A stretch of 64,000 bases of DNA, taken from contig CM068756.1 in the NCBI GenBank assembly GCA_035084275.1, positions 14,818,001 to 14,882,000 on the forward strand, given 5' to 3'. Every line of letters begins with the position of its first letter. Position 1 is the stretch's first letter. The position numbers were made by a program, and so were the translations under genes. The DNA is from Hydrolagus colliei. Lineage: Eukaryota. The notes below the pieces were generated by a model. That model ran no database searches and was not told where the DNA came from. It saw only the letters and a program-made list of their open reading frames with translations. Positions 1-10,739 of this stretch are shown here, one piece after another.

Positions 1-94
1 TGGTTCAGTGATACTGAAGGAGAGTACAAGGAGGTTGAGAAACAAGTGAAAATGTTGACATGAGCCAGCGAGTATGGCTCCACATTCCATCTGC

Positions 95-245
95 AGGAAT
101 CCACATTCAGCTGCAGGAAGTTTGAACACATCCACGCGACAATGTCTCTCAGAAAAACTTGTAGCACATTGGTGGACTTGGAGTCCACACATGATGAAAC
201 AAAGGAGGTTTGTTTATCATCCCCTTACAGGTGGAAATTTACCCT
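95..245 (-). mobile_element. Decayed L2-type LINE reverse transcriptase fragment
   Basis: Minus-strand translation VNFHL*GDDKQ...LRDIVAWMCSNFLQLNVD matches the L2 RT YADD region and the WMSANFLQLN motif seen in other L2 copies here; the Y codon is replaced by a stop. Confidence 0.7.
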
Positions 246-2319
246 AGAAGGCTTTGCCAAGAGGGAGCATCTACATGAGGATTGATGTAACTGTGTCTCA
301 AATCTGTAAAGTAAATACCTGTTGATTTACTGATTACAGTGCTATCTGCTGACTTATTGAGTGTTGAAATACTAACAGTTATAGTTTCCAACAAGTCGAC
401 AAAGCAACTTGTACGGAAGTGTGCATCTCAGGAAAAAATAAGATCTACCCTCTTCTGTGGGAAGGGAAAATGACTAACCCAGTTATTAGCGTCTTTTTTT
501 CGCTGCAAATAACTTTTTAAATCTAATAGTTCACACCTCAACAATCTGTCCAGCCACCATTCTGTAAGATTGCTGAAGACATTGAGCTACTTGTACAACA
601 ACAACAGCAAGCAGAACAAAATAACATTTGTTTGGTGCCTTTCATGTTGGGAGGATTTTCCTGGCGTAACACCTTGTAAAGATCCTACTGTTATAAAGAA
701 TATTTGAAAATAGGTTAACATGCTCATTTCTAGGAAGACAGTAGCAAAAAATAACCAATTGAAAAATGCAAAGTCTGAAGGGGGGGAATAGAATCAACTA
801 AAGAGAGAAAGGTGGTTCTTTACACAGAATACAAAATTTAAAAAAGTCATAATTTAGATTATTGAAAATTAACTATTTGAAGGATTGTTGAAGGATGTTT
901 GAAGGATTCTTCCAGTTGTGTACTAATCATATCATTAGATACAGCGCTAATAACACAAAAGGTTGAAATGCAATTATTCTCACGTATTATTGCATATTTC
1001 AGACAGTAGGATATTGCAAGCATTTAAGAAGTTAAGAAGATCAACATGTTGGGAAAAAAAATCTTCTTTCAAACTTAGTCATAGGTGCACCTGAACCTGT
1101 CCATTTACCGTTTCAGCTGCAAAATATGAGCTCAAGTCCAAACATTGCGTTTGACCAGTGAAACCTGCTTCTCCAGAGAGAGGAGTGCTTCAAACAGAAC
1201 TGATCTTAAATCACAACTTTATCTGTCTCATATTTATCACAAAATCTTCCCTCTTAACACAAAATTTATTCTACTCTCCACCCCGTAGTAGTCATGAAAG
1301 TTAAGGGTTGCAGAGAAGAGCAACTCTGTGTCAGAAGTCACATCCAAGCAACGATTTTTGTTGGTGGATTTATGTTTCTTTCACATTGCAATAAATGAAA
1401 TGTAAAGAGGGAGGCAAATCTACAACATACATCAAGCAGGGCCGTACGCAGGATTTTTTTTGGGGGGGTGCGAATTGCTAGTGATGGGACCAACAATGGC
1501 CGGGGGCTTGCGGGCTGCCCCCGAAGCCCCCTCGAGGTCTCCGACGTTTTACACAGTTTAAGGTCTTATTTAATCGGTTCAGAAGATCCAATATGAACGG
1601 TAAATGTTTCATGCCCTTGGTGTTTAAGAGCATCATTATTTATTCAGTGTTTATATTTTCCCCGGTAGTCCGTGTCTAATTGGGAAGGTCGAATGTGTTC
1701 GCCGATAAAAGCAAACACGATTGTTGACTCGATGATGTAAGGAATGCGAACGATAAAGTAAATTACAATCCAATTAACACAGTACAATGACGAATGCTTG
1801 ATAAATGTATGCGTATAGAGAAAATGATCATAAACTACAGATTGACGGTAATTAATAAGTTGTTCTGCATTGTTATCCTAAGACTAAATTTCTTTCGGAC
1901 TGTAATGAACAATAATGTAAGAGTAAAGTATGAATGATGTGCTCAGATATTCCAGCAAAGCAAATTTTATAAAAGACAAGAAAATATACAGAAACTGAAA
2001 ATCAGTGTCAAACAGTTAATTCACACGTGTTACAAGCCTGTTATCAGCATTATCCTGAAAATATCGTTGAACTGTGAGCAATAGTGTAGTTAGTTTTTAT
2101 TTATTTATTTAGAATCAAAATTAAAGGCATCAAGCAATACTGATCTGACGAAAAAATACTTGAAAAAATAAGGGAGGGGAAATTAATTCTTTAATAGCGT
2201 TCCGTATTCGAGACGCCTCGGTCGCTTTGAAGCCAATACGTCAACCGCTCTACCAATATCGATTTCCATATTATAATGAATGTGCATTAACGCGAGGGCT
2301 GAAAGTCGCTCCTAAACGG

Positions 2320-2610
2320 AGCAGAATGCTGGACACTTAGGCAAACCTCGACCAGGAGATTAGGTGACTCGTGAGGTATATACCAGGCTTCTAAGAGACG
2401 CCCTGAACGTTTACTGGCGACAGCATCTGACAAATAGTGAGCTATATGGTACACTACCACACTGGTATCACAGACATTACCGCAGAGGCGTCTTAGGTTT
2501 AGCGGACATAGCTGGAGAAGCCGGGAGGAAACTGTCCATAGCCCTACTATCCTATGGGAACCATTGCACGGTCACAGAACACGAGGTAGACCGACCCTAA
2601 CCTACCTCGC
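2320..2610 (+). pseudogene. RTE-clade LINE ORF2 C-terminal fragment carried inside the transposon
   Basis: ECWTLRQ..YTRLLRDALNVYWRQHLTNSELYGTLP, then frameshifted RRLRFSGHSWRS..ILWEPLHGHRTRGRPTLTY; typical RTE post-RT C-terminus. Confidence 0.8.
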
Positions 2611-2974
2611 TACATGAAATGCACGGATTATATTATTATTCAAAGAGAGAAAGAGTGACTTTCGGAGGAGTCACGTTGAAGAGATTTGTGTAGGAAGAGC
2701 TGTTGCTTTGCAGACTCGACTGCACCTGTCCTTTATATCCCGCTGGTGTGAGGCAGCAGTTCTGGGGACCTCAACTCTAACAGGTGCAGGTTAACAATCC
2801 TTTAAGTTATAGCCAATTACGTGACACTGCCCACAAACCCTGAAAAGAAATCTCAGTTGTCAATCAGTCAGATATGCAACCTCGACCTTGGGAATGTCTT
2901 CAGATTCAGAGGCACTGAGTAGGAGGGAAAGAAAGTTTCCCACAGGTGATAGAAGACAGCAGCATCACCTGGCG

Positions 2975-3372
2975 AGTCGCCTGGCACAGTGAATAGCACT
3001 CTGGCCTCTGAGTCAAAAAGTTGTGGCTTCAAACCCCACGTCGGCACTCGGTATCACACAGAGGAAGCTGACACTTCAATGTGGTGCTGTGGGGGGGGGG
3101 GGGGTTAGAGGCTGTTCTTTTGGTTGAGATGCTGAACCGAGGTCTGATCCGTCTGTTTAGATGGATGTGAAAAGATCCTCTGACACTACTCGAAAAGCGG
3201 AGGGAAGTCTCTCTCCTGTTGTCCTGGCCAACAAACGCCCCCAAATAAAATCGGTGACTCACTCCATCGGTGTTTGTGGGACAATCCTGGGCAAAAACTG
3301 GCCACTTTACAGTACGTTCTGTGAAGCCTCTGGGCTGTCTCGACAGTGTACTAAGGCACTATTATCAATTGC
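2975..3372 (+). mobile_element. tRNA-headed Deu-domain SINE nested in transposon copy 1
   Basis: A-box TGGCACAGTG, B-box-like GGCTTCAAACC (GGTTCAAACC in copy 3), Deu core ..CCGTCTG..GGATGTGAAAAGATCC..GTCCTGGCCAA, and an L2-like tail. Confidence 0.75.
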
Positions 3373-4896
3373 TAACATTATCAGATTAAAATACGATTTC
3401 AGCTTCCACAAAGTGGTGCTACCTTTTTATGTAGTGACTGTATACGGGATGATTTCCGATTGACACACCACGTGGAATAGGCGCTAAAGCATTAGGCCTA
3501 CGTCCATGAGTATTTTTTTTAAAGATAGGCATTCCCGTCCAGACACATATAACTTTTTTGTTGGGTTCTCAAAAGCTTTAATTTCTCAGAAGCTTGTAAA
3601 TATGTTGTCATTGTTTGCTAGCATTACAGTCACACCTCTCAAAACTTGAGTCATTTTTACTTACGGTGATCAGATGAAAAGATGATTTTAACTCCAGAAT
3701 TGGTGCTGCCCCTTGTGGCTGTTTACGGGATGATTTCCAAACGAGGATTTGAGTCTTGGCGCCTATGTTTATCCAATCACGAGTCACAGACTCGCCGCGT
3801 CATGGACTGGTCTATCGACGCGGTATGTTTTGGGTAGACGCCGATTCTGGTGCGCGACTCGATAATTTTATATTAATACTAAATCATTCAAAGATGTGTG
3901 TTTATAATTTATACATAGTTTTGAAGAACTGATTGTTGCACAAATGTTCAATAAATTTACTTCGTATTTAAATTTGATAAAAAAATGCAATTCTCTACCC
4001 CGGAAAATGTGGACCTTTTATAATTTGGGGGGGTGCTTACGCACCCGTCGCACCCCCCCTGCGTACGGCCTTGTCAAGTCAGTTCTTGCCCTGACTGATT
4101 CATTCAGGATATGAATTTGATAAGCCCTTAATGTTTGATGGTTAACATGCTTGGATTTGGTGTTGTCTATGAATGAATTGACACTCTTCCTTACTATAAG
4201 TGTGGATATAACATTGAAACAAATACTTCAGATTAAAAGAACTGTTGACAATTGGTAAAACGGTGACAAGGTCTGCAGTGCCAACCTGTGGTATTTTGAG
4301 GGATAAGGAGCGTTTGGGGTAGAGGACGGTTCAAACCCCACATTATTTCCTTCAACCACCAGCTGGTTGCTAATATTAACATTATTAATAAACTATCACA
4401 AGATTCCGCAGAAATTACTGATAAATGTGTGTTTGAGGGCAAGTTCATATGGGTTCTTTGATTAATTACTCTCAGCCGACTCAAGGGAACCATTCAGGCT
4501 GCTATTTTGGTATAGTCTAACATTAATTAGAAAATACTCCTAAAAGCCATAGATAAAAGGCTACTTGATAATAATAATCCATACATTTGATGGAGCGCCT
4601 TAGTGTGTTTTTTTGATGTCTCATCCGAAGGATGACATCTCCAAGCCTGCAGCATTGCCTCCAATAATATACTGGGATAACAGTCAGGACCATGGCATCC
4701 TAAATCTACTGCTAAAACACAAGCATAACAAGAAGGAAAAAATATACCATGAGTGATATAGGTTATAGGTGATAGAAAACCAGGACCAGTGAATTTATAT
4801 GTGAAAGAATGGTGTTGGACAACATAACAGAAGTGCTTTGAATTCAATCAGAACCCACTGTAGAGACCAGTACAGTGTGCAGATGATGCAACTGCT

Positions 4897-5200
4897 TATT
4901 AATAATAATAATCCTTGCATTTGATATAGCACTTTTTTCGTGTGCTAGACCTCTCAAAACACTTCACAGAATTTACTGTAAAGTGAATTGAATGTACGTT
5001 TGACGGCGAAACGCAGTAACCAATTGCGCACAGCAGTGTCCTAATTGAAATGACCAATTCTATTATTTTTTTCATGATGGTTTATTATTATGAGATGAGT
5101 GGAGTAAGGAAACTTGCACTGGGTTCTGCCCTACCGGGAATCAAACTCAAATCTCCAGCTTCCAAGGTGAATGCTCTAACCATTGAGCTACTGGACACAG
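4897..5200 (-). mobile_element. tRNA-derived SINE with L2-type tail (degenerate)
   Basis: Same body as 22808-23110, in reverse orientation: (TAA)n tail, GGAGTAAGGAAACTTG core, A/B-box remnants. Confidence 0.8.
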
Positions 5201-6586
5201 TGAATTCAGGCCTGTTGGCTACAGCCATGGAAACATTGAAGGATAATACAGAAACCACTAATGATGGAGATAAATTAATTCAACAGCCCTCTGTATTCAG
5301 CCTAAGAGTACATGGCACTTGAAATGGAATAATTTAGTGTCAGTGTCATAAACCACAAAAACAGCAGGAGTGAACGTCGTCCTGTCATACACATTTTAGC
5401 AGATACTAGACACCCATTCCTGAACCTTTTCAGTGCTGGAAGATAAATTTAGCTAGTTTGAGCTATATTGATATGTTACAAACCAGATTTCTAGCTGGCT
5501 CATATTACACCTCATGAATATTGAAAATTCGATGTGATTAAATGAGAAATCATGGAAGTTAAGCTTCATAATTGTACTTTATTGAAAAAGTTCACAAAAT
5601 ATGATACAGCGTAACTTTTACAAAAAGTGTAAAACACGATAAAATATGATGCCAAACTAATTTAAACTGATTAAAGTTTGTATTTTTGAGGCTATTTTAT
5701 GATGCAATAAACAACTACATCTGAATTAAAGAATTCACCAGTTAGGTCCAATGACATTACCAGTTAAATATAAAACATCACTGATCAGTACATAAATCCA
5801 CGAATAAATGTAACTTGGACTGTTTTTCCACAAGAAACTGTCTAAACTATTTAAATACACAAATATATATAGTTGTGTTTGATAGATGTTGTAGACTAGC
5901 AACATAGGGCATCACTCTGCGTTGCATGGAATGACTGTATTTGCCGATGAAACATACAGTAATATAGCACGGTCGTTTTTCTCACTCTACAGTGCAGTTA
6001 TTCAAGTGAAGGAGACATAGATCCAAGTGGATCACTCATACAGATAGTAACACGTGACGCTGAAAAGCTTCTGTTAGTGAGGAACACACATAGAATAAAT
6101 ATAATTCATAATACTGTGACTCTGGGCATCCAAAATATCACGGCCGCTACTCTGCGGAGTGTTCAATACAGATTCCACAGGAGAAGACCACAACATCACA
6201 CGCACTAACATAGTATATTTCTGGTATGGCGAGGATGTGAAAACATTTGACAAACATGTTGTATTACAGCGATTTGTGTGTACATGAGCTTGACGTGTGG
6301 AGGTGGAGAGAGTGCGGGATAGCACCTGCACTCTCTCCGCCTCGCCCCCTCCCTGGCGATAGATGACATTTTATATTTTATATTTTATATCATCTATTTT
6401 ATCTAATAGTGATATTAGATATATAGTGATATTTTAGGCTAGAGATCTACGGGGGGACAGAGCTTTCACGCTGTGCACCGCTCAGCCCACCGGCTGGAGC
6501 GGCTTCCATCGCTGCCGGTTCTTCCTCTATGGGCGGCCGGCCAACGAATACCATCTTTTTGGACGACGGGGAGGATCACGGAGGGA

Positions 6587-6730
6587 ATGGCGGCCACTCG
6601 CTGTCGGCGCTTCCTCCGGCTGTGCGGGGAGCGGCCCCTCGACAGGACCTGGGAAGGCCGCGACCTCGGCACTTTCCTCAGGCAGCGGGCGGCGCACGTC
6701 TGCCGCGAGGGGGAGAGCAGAGCGCCCAGG
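6587..6730 (+). pseudogene. UQCC2: UQCC2 (MNF1) exon-1-like fragment
   Basis: [44 protein letters not shown] aligns with the UQCC2 N-terminus recalled as [44 protein letters not shown]. A 5-nt AGAGC duplication lies just before CAG|GT. No exon 2 was found. Confidence 0.8.
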
Positions 6731-6736
6731 TGCTGC

Positions 6737-6850
6737 AAGCGACGGATCATCTCGTGGCGGGAGATCCAGACGGTGATCGGGCTGCTGCTGCTGTGCGAGC
6801 CGGCCAGACACACCGTGTCTGAGGTGCCAGGGCCGTCACCGAGTCCCCGG
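6737..6850 (+). pseudogene. H2B: Histone H2B C-terminal fragment (diverged)
   Basis: [29 protein letters not shown], then frameshifted ARAVT, versus H2B [35 protein letters not shown]. Confidence 0.75.
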
Positions 6851-7034
6851 GTTCATCGACTGAGGAGCCGGTGGGTTTTGGGGCCTGACGCCACACTGGG
6901 ACCTTTTTTCCCGCCATCTCAGGGATCGTCCAGGCGGGCGGCGAGGACAGGGAATGGTGGCTGGACGATTGTTGGTTGTTGTTTGTTGCTGTTTTTGTTG
7001 TTAATATTATTGCTTTTGTTGTTTATTATTGTTG

Positions 7035-7275
7035 TTTGATCCCCCCCACCCCTGCCCCCATCTTCTTCTTCCCTCACTCCCTTTCCCCACTTTCTCTCCT
7101 CCCTTTTCCCCTTCCCTCCCTCATCCCTCTTCCTGATCTTGCCCCCACCCATCTTTCCCTCCCTCTCTTCCTTATCCACCTTTCTCCCCCCTCTTCCTCC
7201 CTAACCCTAACCCATCCCACCTTTCCCTCCCTCTCCCCCCTTACCCTCTTTTCCCCCTTTCTCCCCTGGCCCCGT
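7035..7275. repeat. C/T-rich low-complexity tract
   Basis: Near-pure pyrimidine run; it explains several spurious ORFs at 6919-7529. Confidence 0.9.
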
Positions 7276-7279
7276 TTTC

Positions 7280-7480
7280 GCGATTGTTTGTGGGGACACT
7301 GCTGTGCGCAATTTGGCTGCCGCGTTTCGCCCACTAATATACAGTTACTTTTCCTACTATTCTTCATCCTGCCCTGATCCTTCCCACCCTGCTCTTGTCC
7401 TACCTGACTGTACAGCGCCTTGGGATGTCCTCTCGACGTGAAAGGCGCTATATAAATGTAAGTTTTGTTTGTTTGTTTGG
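7280..7480 (+). mobile_element. SINE/L2 3' tail fragment
   Basis: ..GCTGTGCGCAATTTGGCTGCCGCGTTTCGCCC..GCGCCTTGGGATGTCC..GTGAAAGGCGCTATATAAATG(TTTG)n. Confidence 0.75.
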
Positions 7481-8194
7481 GAGCAGAAATACTTTCTCGG
7501 GATACTCTATATAGTTTGGGATACAACATGTCAAGAAACTTCCGGATTGGTGGAAGGGAAATTAGATTTACCTTGGTCTTCTTTCGCCGAGCAAATTCTT
7601 ATTTTCTTATGTTCTTAACTTGTTATCGTTCCTCAGACGTGGAAAGTGATATACATATGTATTTTTTGTTGTTGAAGTTGTTGTTATTACCAATATTAAA
7701 GGTAATTGAAAAATATATCTACAAATGTATATCTCAACACAAAGATTAGATATACTTAATAGATTTCCATATGTCCTAGATATTGCCTTCCCCAGGGATC
7801 ACTGATTAAATGATCATATTGAACTTTATTGAATACTTTGTTTGCAACAATTCAAAATGATGAATTCAAAGCTGTTACGTTCAATTATAATGTACGATAC
7901 ATAGATCTTAATTTGAGGTGACCGCGGTACATATATCACGCAAAAAACATAATAAAACCTTCTTGTTTGCAAAGCCGGAGTCGTCGTCCTTTCCAAACGA
8001 CAACAGGTCTATTTTAACACAATAAAAAAGGCAATTGATGGGTCTTCACGATCAAGTCTCGCACATGCGAGTGAGTGCGATAAAACACAAATGTTTTATG
8101 TTGAAAAAGCTGAAAAACTGAACTCCGGTTTATGTTCCGAATTTATTTTCAACAACTGTATTGGCTGAGTTCGGTGTATTGTATAAACAGTCGG

Positions 8195-8292
8195 CAAAAT
8201 TCCCCGGGTAAAACGCAGCCGTTTCACACACACAGACTTTGATGACTCTCTCTCAGAATCTCTGGGGAAAGTCTCCAGCGGGGTCGGGGGGG
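8195..8292 (-). pseudogene. Relic D: truncated, frameshifted C1-set exon of the receptor family
   Basis: Acceptor ctccccag| then PPTPLETFPRDSERESSK, frameshift, (V)CETAAFYPGN, then homology ends. No V or TM exon nearby. Confidence 0.75.
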
Positions 8293-9399
8293 CTGGGGAG
8301 TGTTGGGGAGAGAATGGAGCAGAATCAGTTACTGGTGATCAGTTGGGAGATTAAAATTTATTCTGATTTGAATTGTATGTTGCCTGTTTCCTTGGAACAT
8401 TATAACAGGGAACCTGGATTGCAACGAAAAGAAAATGATCCTGCAGCTGCTTTGTTTTTTAAAAAGTGTTTGTGTCTTTTGAACGGAATGATGCGTTCAG
8501 ATTAGGAGATATAGTCGCGTTGGGGGAGCCAAAGAAGGTAGGAGTACATCGTTTTAATATTGTGGCTCTCAGATATCATGCCCTTTTCATGACATGGAAT
8601 ATTGTGAAGTTCTGGAATCAGAACATAAAAATATCAGAACAAAAATGTAAATCAGTAAACGGCCTGAACCGTGTGTGAAAGGTATTCTGACGAATAATAA
8701 TCGTTATTATTAAGAATCCTTACACCAGGTTGATTGTATGAAAGCACACAGTGATTTTTGAGGTGCATTTCAGGCAACGTTGCCATGATATTTGTGCACA
8801 GCAATATCCATAAACAGCTATGAAGTGAATGACCAATTTTCTTTGGGCAATTGTTGGCCACCCAGTGAACCCCTTTCACTTAGAAGTATTGGTATGAGTT
8901 CTTCAATTTACAATCAAACAGGTAGAATGTCCCTAACTTTCAACATCTCCTCTAAAGGATAAGAACAACAACTTGTACATATATAGTGCCCAGCATCCAG
9001 AATGCACCCATTACAGCAATAGAGCATCAACCTAGAATTTTAGCTCAAAGTGTCAACCTTGCATCAGAAACTATAACCTTCTAATCCGGAGGGTAACACC
9101 AGAACAGTGTTGAGAGAAGCGAAAATATACCAAGGCAGGTGACATTTGTCCTAGTGATGACTATCAGACATTCAGAGATTTCAATCATTTTGTTTGTAGA
9201 ATCACCAGCAACTGCCAGAAAATAAATTTCAACACTGATTGATTCCTTGGGTTGTCCTCTATATATAAACTAAATTTGTTGATTTCTTAAGATTACATGG
9301 AGATGTGAGGAAACCCTAGAGAATAAATATTGACGTATATTTGCACAATTTATGCTACTTAAGTTGATATCACATTTGGAAACCACATACCGTACAATT

Positions 9400-9620
9400 G
9401 TACAATTTTATGGAAGACAACTATGTCTGACTGTGGCTCTCATGGGCTGTAACTGGCGAATTTGGATAATTTGATATAGAGTAGGTTCTTGTGAAACTGA
9501 CTTCCTGTTTCTCTGGTTAACTGAAATGTAGCTGGGTTTTGGGTGTAATGTGAAACCACAGTTCTACAGTGAAACTGTGAAAAAAAACACATTCTATTGA
9601 TAGCAGAGAAGGGACTGAGC
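9400..9620 (-). promoter_or_regulatory. Relic promoter and dead leader exon (RUNX + ETS cassette) of unit D
   Basis: ACTTCCTG 9500-9507 and AACCACA 9554-9560; paralogous to 38560-38700, 41590-41810 and 58780-59000. Confidence 0.55.
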
Positions 9621-10739
9621 AACTATCTAAGCACAAAAACAAGTCTCTGTGTCACTATTCAGCTTGAGTGTTTTTTGCAACCGGAAATGTTGTTTTGAGA
9701 ATCAAGGCATAGAAACATGAAAAATAGAAACACAGATTTACACACTTTGAGAAGCAATTAAAAGAAAAGCCGCTGATAGATTAAAAAAATATCAAAATCA
9801 ACTGCGTTATATTATTAATCTGAGACATTGAATCACTCGCAATGGAATTATTTATTGACAATTTTAAACGCAGCAGATCGATTACAATTTTAACACTTAG
9901 TTTTTTCAGGTTAGTTTTATTTTGGCATTTGAACCGTTCAACACCAGTACCACAATTTTCCCTCTGTTTTGTATGAATTGTGCATTATTTTGTTGATTCT
10001 ATCTTAAGGTAGTGTCTGCCAACTGTTTTTTCATGAATGCTGAAGAAACAGTGACAAGTGGCGACTGATTCATGTGATTTATGTTTTTTTTTATTGAAAG
10101 GCTAAATGAATATGTTCCACAAAATTGAAGTTGGTAACTGTTATATTCGGGTTTCAATTTCGTAGCAGATAAAGGGCAATTCAACCCTCTTTGTGTGGCA
10201 TACAACTGACTAGTTACTTTTAAAAACGTTATCCGATTAACAAAGTAATAAATGCAGTTACGGTATGTTTGAAACTGGTACAAAGAGCATTGCAACACTA
10301 GACTGACGTGTCACATCATTCGGTTAAAATTACATTGAATATACACCACTATCAGTTTCTGTGCTTGTTGCATTACTTGTATCTTGGTTTACTGGAGATA
10401 GCGGCTGTTCCTGCTCCTCCGTGGATTCTCACATGGATCTCTGCACACTCTGTATTCTTAACAGTACTTTTAGGTTTTCATGTTTTATCGGAGGGATGTA
10501 AATACAGAACAGTATATGTCAGCTTGTTCCCAGTTGTTCTTTGATTGGTCTGGAAAGGCAATGTTTGAGAATTTAATTATATTAATTCGGTTTGCTCAAC
10601 ACATTTCAAAAATCAAATATTTGACAATTATTATTTGAAGTACGACTTGCTCCATAGCCCATTTGATAAAGGCACTGCTCCTTACAGAACTGAGCTGAAC
10701 AGAATCCACTAGGCACAATTCTGTTCCATATTGGATTAG

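Larger units (their letters stand above)
1437..4073 (+). mobile_element. Non-autonomous TIR DNA transposon, copy 1 (hAT-like; orientation arbitrary)
   Basis: 16-bp TIRs CAGGGCCGTACGCAGG / CCTGCGTACGGCCTTG (one mismatch). Flanked by 5-bp direct repeat TCAAG (1432-1436, 4074-4078). No transposase ORF. Near-identical inverted copy at 59186-61833. Confidence 0.9.

Noticed and set aside
2364-2600. 78-aa ORF (three copies) as a transposon-encoded gene
   Set aside because: It is a frameshifted RTE ORF2 fragment; its second half is in the wrong frame, and the triple presence reflects recent element copies.
4233-4847. Short ORFs right of transposon copy 1 and at 6074-6331
   Set aside because: No recognisable motifs or splice structure; left uncalled.
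6466-6822. Overlapping minus-strand and alternate-frame ORFs
   Set aside because: Shadows of GC-rich sequence; only the + frame from 6587 has recognisable homology.
6919-7529. ORFs over the C/T-rich tract
   Set aside because: Low-complexity artefacts.
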